Shown here: positions 27,221 to 35,629 of the stretch, piece after piece
Position numbering within the stretch: the first letter of the stretch is position 1
Layout: the number at the start of each line of letters is the position of its first letter
Virus record (IMG/VR): IMGVR_UViG_3300033049_000066
Location: 124,001-188,000 of that record
Length of the DNA: 64,000 nt
Direction: 5' to 3' (one strand)
The notes under the pieces: generated by a model
Database searches by the model: none
Told to the model about the DNA's origin: nothing
What the model saw: the letters and a program-made list of their open reading frames with translations, nothing else
Program-made: the position numbers and the translations under genes

Positions 27221-28333
27221 TTACTCGAACGTAATAATTATATCGTTAATGATGTAGCCGCCTGTTTTCGTGTGCTTAAAGAGCAGCGTATTATCGCCAT
27301 CCTTCCAGTACGAAGATGGAACAGTAAATGATAGTGAGACTGTCTTAGCATCATGTACTGCGCCGCCTTCAATGCCGAACAATATAATAGCTGGGTTGCC
27401 GTTAATAATTAATTCACCTTCGTCCTTAAAGTCCGGGTCGGTTACATTTAATGTAATAATACTATTTGAAGTAGTACTTGGTTTGCTAACCGCAAATGTT
27501 ATTGTAGCTTCCTCAGGAGCTGTCGCTGATAAACTAACTGGCAATACACCGCTGTTGTCGATTACAATTGTTTCATCTACCTCAAACGTTACAGCTACAT
27601 TGTAAATTTTATAACCAGCTGTCTTTGTATGTTTGAAAAGCAATGTGTTATCGCCATCCTTCCAATATGCTGCTGGTGTAGCAAACGATATATTAACTCG
27701 CTTAGCATCATGTACTGCGCCGCCTTCGGAGCCGAACAATATAATAGCTGGGTTGCCGTTAATAATTAATTCACCTTCATCGATGAAATCTGGATCGTAA
27801 ACATCAAGCACCATTATTCCACTTATGGCGTTACTTGGCTTATTGACCGCAAGCGTTATTGTAAATTCTTGCGGCGCAGTACCTTCTAAATCAGCAAGTA
27901 CACCAGGTACTGTTGGTACAGTTGGTACAGTTGGTACACCAAACGTAAATGTTGGCTTAGATGGTTTTGATGTGTTAATAGTTGATCGCTGTATTTCATT
28001 ACTATATCGAGATACTCTATTTTGAGTATCAGTCGTTGTCATCACGAAATAATAATTTGTGGAAAACGGCAAATCAAGTGTTGCGGTTACGTCAGTATTT
28101 GACGAAATCCAAACCTTATCGTTATACACACCAGAAGTAGTTCCGTAATGTATAGAGTATCCTTTTATTTCACTTAGCGGAAGTGATTCCCAGGTGCTAC
28201 AGTTGCTGGCAGACGCACCCTTAGGTGCCGCACAGGCGTCTCGCTCAGTTGGAATTTCCCATTTTAAAGTAAAGGGGGTTGCACTAACGCTAACGGACAC
28301 TAATAAGAGAAGTAGGGCTAAAAAGTTTTTCAT
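27221..28333 (-). CDS. Secreted FN3-like protein with two repeated beta-sandwich domains
   Basis: Signal VSA/; LKWEIP..IKGYSIHYG..SRYSNE; duplicated DPDF.DEGELIINGNPAIILFG...WKDGDNTLLFKHTKT. Confidence 0.75.
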   Translation of the reverse strand: MKNFLALLLLLVSVSVSATPFTLKWEIPTERDACAAPKGASASNCSTWESLPLSEIKGYSIHYGTTSGVYNDKVWISSNTDVTATLDLPFSTNYYFVMTTTDTQNRVSRYSNEIQRSTINTSKPSKPTFTFGVPTVPTVPTVPGVLADLEGTAPQEFTITLAVNKPSNAISGIMVLDVYDPDFIDEGELIINGNPAIILFGSEGGAVHDAKRVNISFATPAAYWKDGDNTLLFKHTKTAGYKIYNVAVTFEVDETIVIDNSGVLPVSLSATAPEEATITFAVSKPSTTSNSIITLNVTDPDFKDEGELIINGNPAIILFGIEGGAVHDAKTVSLSFTVPSSYWKDGDNTLLFKHTKTGGYIINDIIITFE

Positions 28334-28388
28334 TTAAATACCCCCTTAAACCATGAAAGAAGAGCGTTTATCCTTTCAAGGAGTCTTA

Positions 28389-28718
28389 TTAGCTCGCTGT
28401 AAAATTTACAGGTATGCTCGGTTCGACAGCTATAACAAATTCTAATTGCGCCCAGTCACTAGTAATACCGTTAATGTCAACTTCGCGCACACCAGCTGTC
28501 CAGTTACCAGCTTCAATTGGATTAGCCAGATCGGATATTGGTGCTACAAAAGATTGACTATTGGATATAACACCCATGATTATATTAAAATCGCTATCAG
28601 GAGCGCCAGTTGGCTTAATTGCTAAATCATAGCCTTTACGCTGTGAAGCGTCATATGTGCTTGAGTCAACGCGAGTTGTTGCGCCGTCCCAGGTAAATTC
28701 AGTTGGATTGATTATCAT
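28389..28718 (-). CDS. FN3/Ig-like small protein
   Basis: FTWD...GYDL...GNW..VREVD.NG..SDW; ATAAATA upstream. Confidence 0.6.
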   Translation of the reverse strand: MIINPTEFTWDGATTRVDSSTYDASQRKGYDLAIKPTGAPDSDFNIIMGVISNSQSFVAPISDLANPIEAGNWTAGVREVDINGITSDWAQLEFVIAVEPSIPVNFTAS

Positions 28719-28761
28719 TTTATTTTCCTATGTGATGTAACTATTTATCGTCTCTTACAAA

Positions 28762-29349
28762 TTACCAGGGAATTAATGATATTAATTTGTTAATGAAAGA
28801 TTTTTTAGTAGTCTTCATTGCTCTGTAACGTTCCCAGTCAAACAGTTTGCCGGGGTCTGTTTTACGCCTTGGTGACACATGATCGTGCCCGGCGATGTTC
28901 GCGACTGGGAATTTGTAAGTACGAAGTAATTCTTCGGTTAGTTCAATAAGTGCATCGTACTGCGCATCAGTATAGCCGCTTTCTTGGGTGGCAATCAGCT
29001 CGATGCCAAGCATCCAATTATTGCAATTGTCGTACCCGAGCCAGCGTGAACGACCAGCATGCCAGGCCTTCATCGGCAGTGGAACAAGATCGTAAACTGT
29101 ACCGTCTCGAGATATCATGTAGTGCGCAGATGCGTACATGCGATTAGGCAAATCTTTCATCTTAAACCACTTGCGATCTTTTTCCGGACGGTTTAAATCC
29201 TTAAATAATTGAATACATTTTTCAGGGTTAAATGGTTCGTCCGGAAACTGATACTTGCCACTGAAATAGTGAATTACAATGCCGTTAACTACTTTCATCT
29301 TAGATGAACTATAGCAATAATCTGGAAGCTTTTCGATAACTTTTTTCAT
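28762..29349 (-). CDS. N-acetylmuramoyl-L-alanine amidase (Amidase_2/AmpD-like), probable endolysin
   Basis: IVIHY, SAHY, AWHAG, GIEL, GHDHVSPRRKTDPG. Confidence 0.9.
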   Translation of the reverse strand: MKKVIEKLPDYCYSSSKMKVVNGIVIHYFSGKYQFPDEPFNPEKCIQLFKDLNRPEKDRKWFKMKDLPNRMYASAHYMISRDGTVYDLVPLPMKAWHAGRSRWLGYDNCNNWMLGIELIATQESGYTDAQYDALIELTEELLRTYKFPVANIAGHDHVSPRRKTDPGKLFDWERYRAMKTTKKSFINKLISLIPW

Positions 29350-29413
29350 TTTTGGACTCCTATCGAGTATTTATTAGGTTGACAAACAGGCAGGAAAATT
29401 ATATAATATATAG

Positions 29414-29887
29414 ATGATAAATCAAATTACAGGTAATTTATTTTCAGTAAAAGAAGGCTACATTATACACGGGTGCAACGCACAAGGTGTAATGGGTGCT
29501 GGGGTCGGGAGGACTATGAAATTCACATACCCGGGCGCATACAACATATATAAAAATTACATCAACAAAGCACGTGAATTAGGTGTATCCCCACTGGGAT
29601 CAAATACATATTATGCCATGAACAAATTAGTTATTATTAACGCTGTGACACAAGAATACTACGGAAATGACGGAAAGCAATACACCGATTATGATGCTGT
29701 TCGTGCTTGTTTTTATGATATAAATGCAGAAATTTTGCGATCACAAGAAATATTTGATAATATTCCCCGAGTGCTTAACTTTCCGATGATTGGATGTGGC
29801 TTTGGTGGTGGCAACTGGGAAGTTATAGAAGCTATCATAGAAAAAGAAATTAATAATAGTTTTGAAATGGTCTTATGGACTTTATAG
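29414..29887 (+). CDS. Macro-domain (Appr-1-p/ADP-ribosylglycohydrolase-like) protein
   Basis: GNLF..IIHGCNAQGVMGAGV..PMIGCGFGGGNW. Confidence 0.9.
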   Translation: MINQITGNLFSVKEGYIIHGCNAQGVMGAGVGRTMKFTYPGAYNIYKNYINKARELGVSPLGSNTYYAMNKLVIINAVTQEYYGNDGKQYTDYDAVRACFYDINAEILRSQEIFDNIPRVLNFPMIGCGFGGGNWEVIEAIIEKEINNSFEMVLWTL

Positions 29888-29898
29888 ATACTGAATAA

Positions 29899-29985
29899 CC
29901 CTCGGTGATGAAATTGGTAAACATAGAAGATTTAAAATCTTCCGCCTGAACAGGCTTGCGGGTTCAACTCCCGCCTGAGGGACCA
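29899..29985 (+). tRNA. tRNA-Leu(TAA)
   Basis: GAAGA-ttTAAaa-TCTTC; CCA. Confidence 0.9.
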
Positions 29986-29991
29986 AACAAT

Positions 29992-30088
29992 CCAAAGATT
30001 ACGCCGATTCTCCGCGGAACGGTGAATGGATGCCTCGCTTAGGCGCAGGCTGTGAATAACGTTGGTTTGACTCCAACTCTTTGGGCCA
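29992..30088 (+). ncRNA. tRNA-like RNA with acceptor, T arm and CCA but aberrant D and anticodon arms
   Basis: CCAAAGA/TCTTTGG-GCCA; GTTGG-TTTGACT-CCAAC. Confidence 0.55.
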
Positions 30089-30127
30089 ATTTAAAAGTGT
30101 ACTTAGGGGTGGTTGAATGTGCAAAGG

Positions 30128-30201
30128 GGCGACTTTAGCTTAATGGTAAAGCCCTCGGTTGTGATCCGAAAAGATGCGAGTTCGAATCTTCGTAGGTCGC
30201 C
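30128..30201 (+). tRNA. tRNA-His(GTG) inside a 34-bp flanking stem
   Basis: G-1:C73; ttGTGat; no CCA. Confidence 0.85.
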
Positions 30202-30262
30202 CCTTTGCGCATTCAACCACCCCTAAGTACATTTACGTTACAACACATGATAAATACTTACT

Positions 30263-30484
30263 ATGAAAGCAAATGAAATTATGCACGAAAGAACTAGTAA
30301 CCGCATTAAGGTACAAATGCACGAATACGGACCTATTGGTAATCGAAAATATTCATTAGTGGATATGCGAACTCGTAAGACACGAGCTACATCGTTCAAC
30401 GGACAGTTTGAGGCGAAAGCATACGCAAACAAAAGGAATTGGTTTATTAGCCCCGTTAATATAATCGAACCCGTTTCCAATTAA
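30263..30484 (+). CDS. Small putative internal virion protein
   Basis: MKANEIMHE; ATAAATA upstream. Confidence 0.6.
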   Translation: MKANEIMHERTSNRIKVQMHEYGPIGNRKYSLVDMRTRKTRATSFNGQFEAKAYANKRNWFISPVNIIEPVSN

Positions 30485-30574
30485 TCAAGTTAACCTAAAT
30501 ACTAGACATTAGTCCTAAACGATAGTATAATTGTACAAAGAATCATATACAATTTAACACTAACCAGGACCTCT

Positions 30575-31735
30575 ATGAAAACAAAATTCATGATCGGCGG
30601 TGATACCGTACACGTATTCAATATGAACGAAGAACTAGCGTTGGATAAACTCCCGCCACGGATCTACACCGTCCGGTTTGACCCACTACAGGGCTTTCAT
30701 CTTGGCATCACAAAAGATAAGCTTGACTTGCCTAGTAAGATTTACGGTGAGACTCCAATGCGTGTACAAAAGTGTATAGATACATATACCGATCGTACTG
30801 CATCTACCGGCATTTTATTAACCGGTGATAAAGGTACAGGCAAAACATTATTGATGTCGTTGCTTGCAAATGAAATAATTAGCAAATTAAAATTGCCAGT
30901 AATACTCATTAAAGAGGCATACGAAGGTGGTGCGTTTACAAACTTCATTGAATCCATTGGCGAATGCGCTCTTGTGTTTGACGAATTCGGGAAAATGTAT
31001 TGTCCAAATTCGAGACGCAACGAGAATGATATACCTCAAACCTCATTATTATCATTAATGGATGGGGTTGACAAAACCAAGCGTATGTTTATTTTGACTG
31101 AAAACAGCGAGCTGGACATCAACGACTTCATGCTAAATCGTCCGAGTCGCATCTACTATCACTTCAAGTACAACAAGCTTGACGAAGGCAGCGTCATCGG
31201 CTACTGCGAGGATTATAAGGTCGGCACCGAGGAGATAAGAGATATCGTAGATCTTGCTCGGCGCTCACAGGTTTTTAGCTTCGATATGCTCCAGACTATC
31301 GTCGAGGAGCACCAGCGTTACGGTACGTCAATAGGCGAGGTTGCGGAAGATTTAAATATCGACACGCGCGAAGAACAGGGCGATATGATTGAGGTGCTAA
31401 AAATACTCGAGCGTGGCACGAAAAATGAGCGTGAGATCTATGGCACGCCGTACGTCACAAAACCTAACAGTAGCTACACGTACATCAACATCAAGGATAA
31501 TAAAATTGAAAGTTCTGAGGTTGAGATGCCAACTGCAACGGCAGTGGATAGCACTGATAGCAGCGAAGATAGCCCTGTATGCGCAAGCGAGGAAAATAAC
31601 TATCGCTCCGAGTACGTCGAGGCGAAGAACTTAGCTTACGAAAAAGATGGGCAGCTGGTTTACGAAACAGAAAAATTCACCTTCATCGCAAAAGATATGC
31701 CCAAGCTTCAAACAAATTATTTGAAATTTTTCTAG
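30575..31735 (+). CDS. AAA+ ATPase
   Basis: GDKGTGKT, LVFDEFGK, LLSLMDG, NRPSR. Confidence 0.9.
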   Translation: MKTKFMIGGDTVHVFNMNEELALDKLPPRIYTVRFDPLQGFHLGITKDKLDLPSKIYGETPMRVQKCIDTYTDRTASTGILLTGDKGTGKTLLMSLLANEIISKLKLPVILIKEAYEGGAFTNFIESIGECALVFDEFGKMYCPNSRRNENDIPQTSLLSLMDGVDKTKRMFILTENSELDINDFMLNRPSRIYYHFKYNKLDEGSVIGYCEDYKVGTEEIRDIVDLARRSQVFSFDMLQTIVEEHQRYGTSIGEVAEDLNIDTREEQGDMIEVLKILERGTKNEREIYGTPYVTKPNSSYTYINIKDNKIESSEVEMPTATAVDSTDSSEDSPVCASEENNYRSEYVEAKNLAYEKDGQLVYETEKFTFIAKDMPKLQTNYLKFF

Positions 31736-31744
31736 GTAAACGAA

Positions 31745-32137
31745 ATGCGCACTAAATTATTAATTCTTGTAACTTTAACAGCACCACTATTTTTAATTGA
31801 CTGGTCGGCCAAGGAGAAGAGTTCCGGTGGTGAGGTCGACGCACTTTACTGGCACGGAGGGAGTCGCTACACCGTGAAGGACGACAATGGGGGCCTGATC
31901 ACAAGCAGAACGATACCGCCCTGGGGTAGTCCACACAACGGCAATGTCATTGTGTACAGTGATCTTGCTCCGGGAGAAAAAACTTGGTATCTCTGTGAGT
32001 GGGATTGGAGTTGGATGTACGGCACGATGGGTGGGGATGCGAATTGTGAAATTCACATTCACGGACTAGATGATATCATCCCCGGTAATTGGGATCATGG
32101 CAAATTTGGCAGAGGGTCAATCACACGCATAGAATAA
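31745..32137 (+). CDS. Membrane-anchored hypothetical protein
   Basis: Hydrophobic N-terminus; WDHGKFGRG. Confidence 0.65.
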   Translation: MRTKLLILVTLTAPLFLIDWSAKEKSSGGEVDALYWHGGSRYTVKDDNGGLITSRTIPPWGSPHNGNVIVYSDLAPGEKTWYLCEWDWSWMYGTMGGDANCEIHIHGLDDIIPGNWDHGKFGRGSITRIE

Positions 32138-32157
32138 AATATCGCCAAAAAGAATAC

Positions 32158-32233
32158 AGTGACATAGCTCAATTGGCAGAGCACGAAGCTCATAACTTCG
32201 AAGACGCAGGATCGTTGCCTGCTGTCACTACCA
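32158..32233 (+). tRNA. tRNA-Met(CAT)
   Basis: AGTGACA/TGTCACT; ctCATaa; CCA. Confidence 0.88.
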
Positions 32234-32270
32234 GACACTGAACAAATAGCAGTTAACTGCAGGAGGTAAC

Positions 32271-32747
32271 ATGTTCACCGTAGATGAAAAAACAGAAATA
32301 GTACAGTACTTAAAAGATATGCCCGCGAATTCCTCAGTGTATATCGGTTCTGACTCCGTGAAATACAAACGCAAGGGGTTATGGTACGCTCGGTACAACG
32401 TAGCATTCATTGTCCACATTGCATCAAAGCACGGTGGTAAGATTTTTCACACTACATCTGTCGAACGTGATTACGATCCTAAGAAGGAAAAGCCTCGTAT
32501 GCGACTAATGACCGAAGTATACAAAGCCGTAGGTGTTTACATGGAATTCGCGGAGGTACTTGAAGATTTACCTGTCGAAATCCACATCGATGTTAATTCA
32601 GATGAGAAGCACAACTCCAGCATCGTGCTGCGAGAAGCACTTGGCTACATCAAAGGAATGACCGGACTAGATGGAGTGCCTAAGCCAGATGCCTGGGCCG
32701 CATCGACGGTTAGTGATTACGGTGCCAGAGGGAAATTTACACACTAA
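32271..32747 (+). CDS. RNase H-like YkuK-family protein
   Basis: VYIGSDS, RLMTEV, EIHIDVN, KPDAWAAS..SD. Confidence 0.85.
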   Translation: MFTVDEKTEIVQYLKDMPANSSVYIGSDSVKYKRKGLWYARYNVAFIVHIASKHGGKIFHTTSVERDYDPKKEKPRMRLMTEVYKAVGVYMEFAEVLEDLPVEIHIDVNSDEKHNSSIVLREALGYIKGMTGLDGVPKPDAWAASTVSDYGARGKFTH

Positions 32748-32776
32748 GGATTCAATCGCGCAAGGATGCGCATTTT

Positions 32777-32852
32777 GCCGTCGTAGCTCAGTTGGTAGAG
32801 CGCAGACCTGGTACGTCTGAGGTCATCGGTTCAACCCCGATCGTCGGCTCCA
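32777..32852 (+). tRNA. tRNA-Thr(GGT)
   Basis: CAGAC-ctGGTac-GTCTG; CCA. Confidence 0.9.
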
Positions 32853-32892
32853 ATTTTAGATGCATTATAATGCTCGTATGATAAATACCGTT

Positions 32893-33876
32893 ATGCCAAG
32901 ACATAAAAAAATCGCGCAAAGACATGCGAAAATTCTTAATATACAGAATCCCGCAACAGGGAAATTTGAGTTAGATAAAATTAAAACAAAATACGATAGA
33001 ATCCTTAAATACTCATTTGCGGAAATATATATTATAGACGCTGGAACTATGAAGTTCACCGAAGTCAGCGCAAACGCACTGCGGAACCTCGGCTACACGC
33101 TGGCGGAGATGCAGAAGATGAAGGCTGGTGACGTCGCACCTCAGCTTTCTGCCGGGCAATGTAACAAGATTTTTGTTGCGTTGAACAGTGGGGAAAATGA
33201 GGTCGCGAAGATGAAAACAGTTATTTTGCGCAAAGATGGATCAGAGTACAAAGTTAATCTTCGCGTACAGTACGCGAGTGGTGAAGACCCAGTGTACATC
33301 ATAATGGCGTCGGACATCACAGAACGTGACAGGTACGAAGCTGAGTTAAAAGCCCTTGCCTTCCGAGACCCCGGCACAGATTTGTACAATAGACGGTACT
33401 TCTTAGAACACCTTAGGGGAACGATAAACCATGCTAACAGAATGCACTCTCCTATTGGATTAATTTTAATCGACATGGATGATTTTAGTAAGGTCAATAA
33501 CAATTACGGACACATCGCTGGTGACAAGGTAATCTCAGATTTTGCAAATAAGATATGCGATGTATTTTCAAGGAAGACAGACGTCGTAGCAAGATACGGT
33601 GGGGATGAATTTGTAGTGCTGTGTATCGACAATTCCGCTGAAACATTAATCGCAAAATGTAACCAGCTTATAGCTCGACTAAACAAAGCATTGTACTACG
33701 ACGGTCACACAATTGTCCAAACCGCAAGCATAGGCATTTGCCACTACAACGCGAATGCTATAACAATCTCAACTGAGGATCTTATTAACGGTGCTGACAT
33801 TGCTATGTACAAGGCCAAGGCAGCTGGTAAAAATCAAGTCAAAATATGTAACAACGACGACCTCAATGAGGATTAA
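32893..33876 (+). CDS. PAS-GGDEF diguanylate cyclase
   Basis: PAS (..RKDGS..DITE), NRRYF, IDMDDF..VNN.YGH.AGD, RKTD I-site, RYGGDEF; start placed after ATAAATA. Confidence 0.92.
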   Translation: MPRHKKIAQRHAKILNIQNPATGKFELDKIKTKYDRILKYSFAEIYIIDAGTMKFTEVSANALRNLGYTLAEMQKMKAGDVAPQLSAGQCNKIFVALNSGENEVAKMKTVILRKDGSEYKVNLRVQYASGEDPVYIIMASDITERDRYEAELKALAFRDPGTDLYNRRYFLEHLRGTINHANRMHSPIGLILIDMDDFSKVNNNYGHIAGDKVISDFANKICDVFSRKTDVVARYGGDEFVVLCIDNSAETLIAKCNQLIARLNKALYYDGHTIVQTASIGICHYNANAITISTEDLINGADIAMYKAKAAGKNQVKICNNDDLNED

Positions 33877-33894
33877 TGGCAATAATATTTAGGA

Positions 33895-34205
33895 ATTACT
33901 ATTTGAAGCTAAAGTAGGTTATCACGGACAAGGGTGCAAATCCCTTCATTTCCACCAAAAGCATCTTTTTACAAGGGTTCTTTTGGGGGATGATTTCAGA
34001 TTCGACGTGGGACTGAGGATAAGTGGATAGTACGGCAACGCAGAAGTCGTGACACTTGAAGAAGCAAACTTAAAATAATCGCAAACGATTCATTTTACAC
34101 TGAGGAATTAATGGCTGCGTAAAGCGCCACCCTCTGAGGTTGAAACAGCCTTATAACCAGCTTGTTAGTCGTGCCCTATTGACGAATGAACACAATGTAG
34201 GGGAC
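33895..34205 (+). ncRNA. ssrA: Circularly permuted (two-piece) tmRNA; tag ANDSFYTEELMAA*; outer boundaries approximate
   Basis: T arm + CATTTCC-ACCA (ends 33957) lies upstream of GGGGATG...GATTCGAC (33986); tag at 34081-34122. Confidence 0.88.
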
Positions 34206-34216
34206 GCGATACTTTT

Positions 34217-34290
34217 GACTCTATAGCATAATGGCAGTGCGAGGGATTGCAAATCCTTAGATCCCGATTCGACTTCGGGTAGAGTCTCCA
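34217..34290 (+). tRNA. tRNA-Cys(GCA)
   Basis: GACTCTA/TAGAGTC; ttGCAaa; U73-CCA. Confidence 0.9.
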
Positions 34291-34309
34291 TTAATCTAGG
34301 AAAAATATT

Positions 34310-35128
34310 ATGAAATATGTTATCTTTTTTACACTACTATTACTCGCGGCGCCAGCACAAGCATGGGTTGTTAACGCAAATTTTGAAAACGGCAATATAG
34401 GGAGCAAAGCCAAAGGATCCGATGGATTCAATAGTTCATTTTCAAATACAAAATACACGAATGCGGTAGTACATAGTGGAAGACAGGCTGCTGTCACCTC
34501 AATAAAACAAGGTGAATACGGATTTGGTAAATGGGGTGGCTTAATAAGATTACCGGCGACCCTTGGTGAGGGTAAGCAAGTATGGTTTCGTGCGTGGATT
34601 TATTACCCGGCCGGATTTAGTTTTACTAACAATGGCATTGGGGTAAAAACATTACGGTTACATACAAAATCATCTACTGGAAGCAATGATGGCTACTTCG
34701 ATGTGCTAACTAATAAAAATGGACTCACTGTTGGGATCGAGCAAACGAGCAAAATATTTATAAAAAATAACCCAAATTGGAGAGATGTGAGCTCCGGAAT
34801 TTCAACTGGTGTATGGTATGCCTACGAAATGTATGTAAAACTTTCGTCAGTGCCAGGCAAGGGAATATACAGAGTTTGGCTAAATGGAAAGTTATTACTT
34901 AATGATACAAAAACACCGACTCTGAAATCAGCAGGGTCCAAGGCAGACTTTATATATATTTGGTCTTATTTCAATGGTAGTTCACCTAAGGATCAAAAAG
35001 CGTACGTTGACGACATTATTATTACCAATGAAGTCCCGGGCGGCCGCGATGCACAAGGAAATAGATTTATTGGTATTGGTACTCAAACATGGACTGCTAG
35101 ACCAAAACCCCCAACACCTAACGAATAA
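34310..35128 (+). CDS. Secreted polysaccharide-lyase-like beta-sandwich protein
   Basis: Signal AQA/W; paralog of 25062-25919. Confidence 0.7.
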   Translation: MKYVIFFTLLLLAAPAQAWVVNANFENGNIGSKAKGSDGFNSSFSNTKYTNAVVHSGRQAAVTSIKQGEYGFGKWGGLIRLPATLGEGKQVWFRAWIYYPAGFSFTNNGIGVKTLRLHTKSSTGSNDGYFDVLTNKNGLTVGIEQTSKIFIKNNPNWRDVSSGISTGVWYAYEMYVKLSSVPGKGIYRVWLNGKLLLNDTKTPTLKSAGSKADFIYIWSYFNGSSPKDQKAYVDDIIITNEVPGGRDAQGNRFIGIGTQTWTARPKPPTPNE

Positions 35129-35139
35129 TTTCGCAGTAT

Positions 35140-35607
35140 TTAACGAGCGATGGTTATGTGTATTCCAACAACGGGGTTACCAGCTGTGACATTTTTGTGC
35201 TGGACGAATGAAATCTGTGGTGGCTGCCGGTCGCCGTATCCGTCCGGGGTCGGCATCGCTGTGTAGGTGATAGTCTGCGCATCTTCATCGCGCTTCAGCT
35301 TGGTAATACTCTTACGCGCACCATCTTGAAAGAATCCGTACAGCGCACCAATCACATCTTTTTGCACTGCTCCTGCTTCTGCAGGATCAGGGCCATTGAA
35401 GTACAGCCCGGTGTCAAGAAAGGTGTTTTTAACTTCCCAACTATCTCCCTTAGCGTACTTCGCAATAATATTGCTAAGCAGCTTCTTCACAGTCCATGCT
35501 TGCGATCTGTCCATCGTGCCAGTTTGAATCGCGTATCGAAGTTTTTCAACGTCCGACTTAGTAGGTGCTTTTTTCTTTGGTGCTTCTGTAATTTCTTTGA
35601 ATCTCAT
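35140..35607 (-). CDS. Putative internal virion protein with capsid-targeting-like N-terminus
   Basis: MRFKEITE; ATAAATA upstream. Confidence 0.65.
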   Translation of the reverse strand: MRFKEITEAPKKKAPTKSDVEKLRYAIQTGTMDRSQAWTVKKLLSNIIAKYAKGDSWEVKNTFLDTGLYFNGPDPAEAGAVQKDVIGALYGFFQDGARKSITKLKRDEDAQTITYTAMPTPDGYGDRQPPQISFVQHKNVTAGNPVVGIHITIAR

Positions 35608-35629
35608 AATACTATTTATCTAAATAGAA

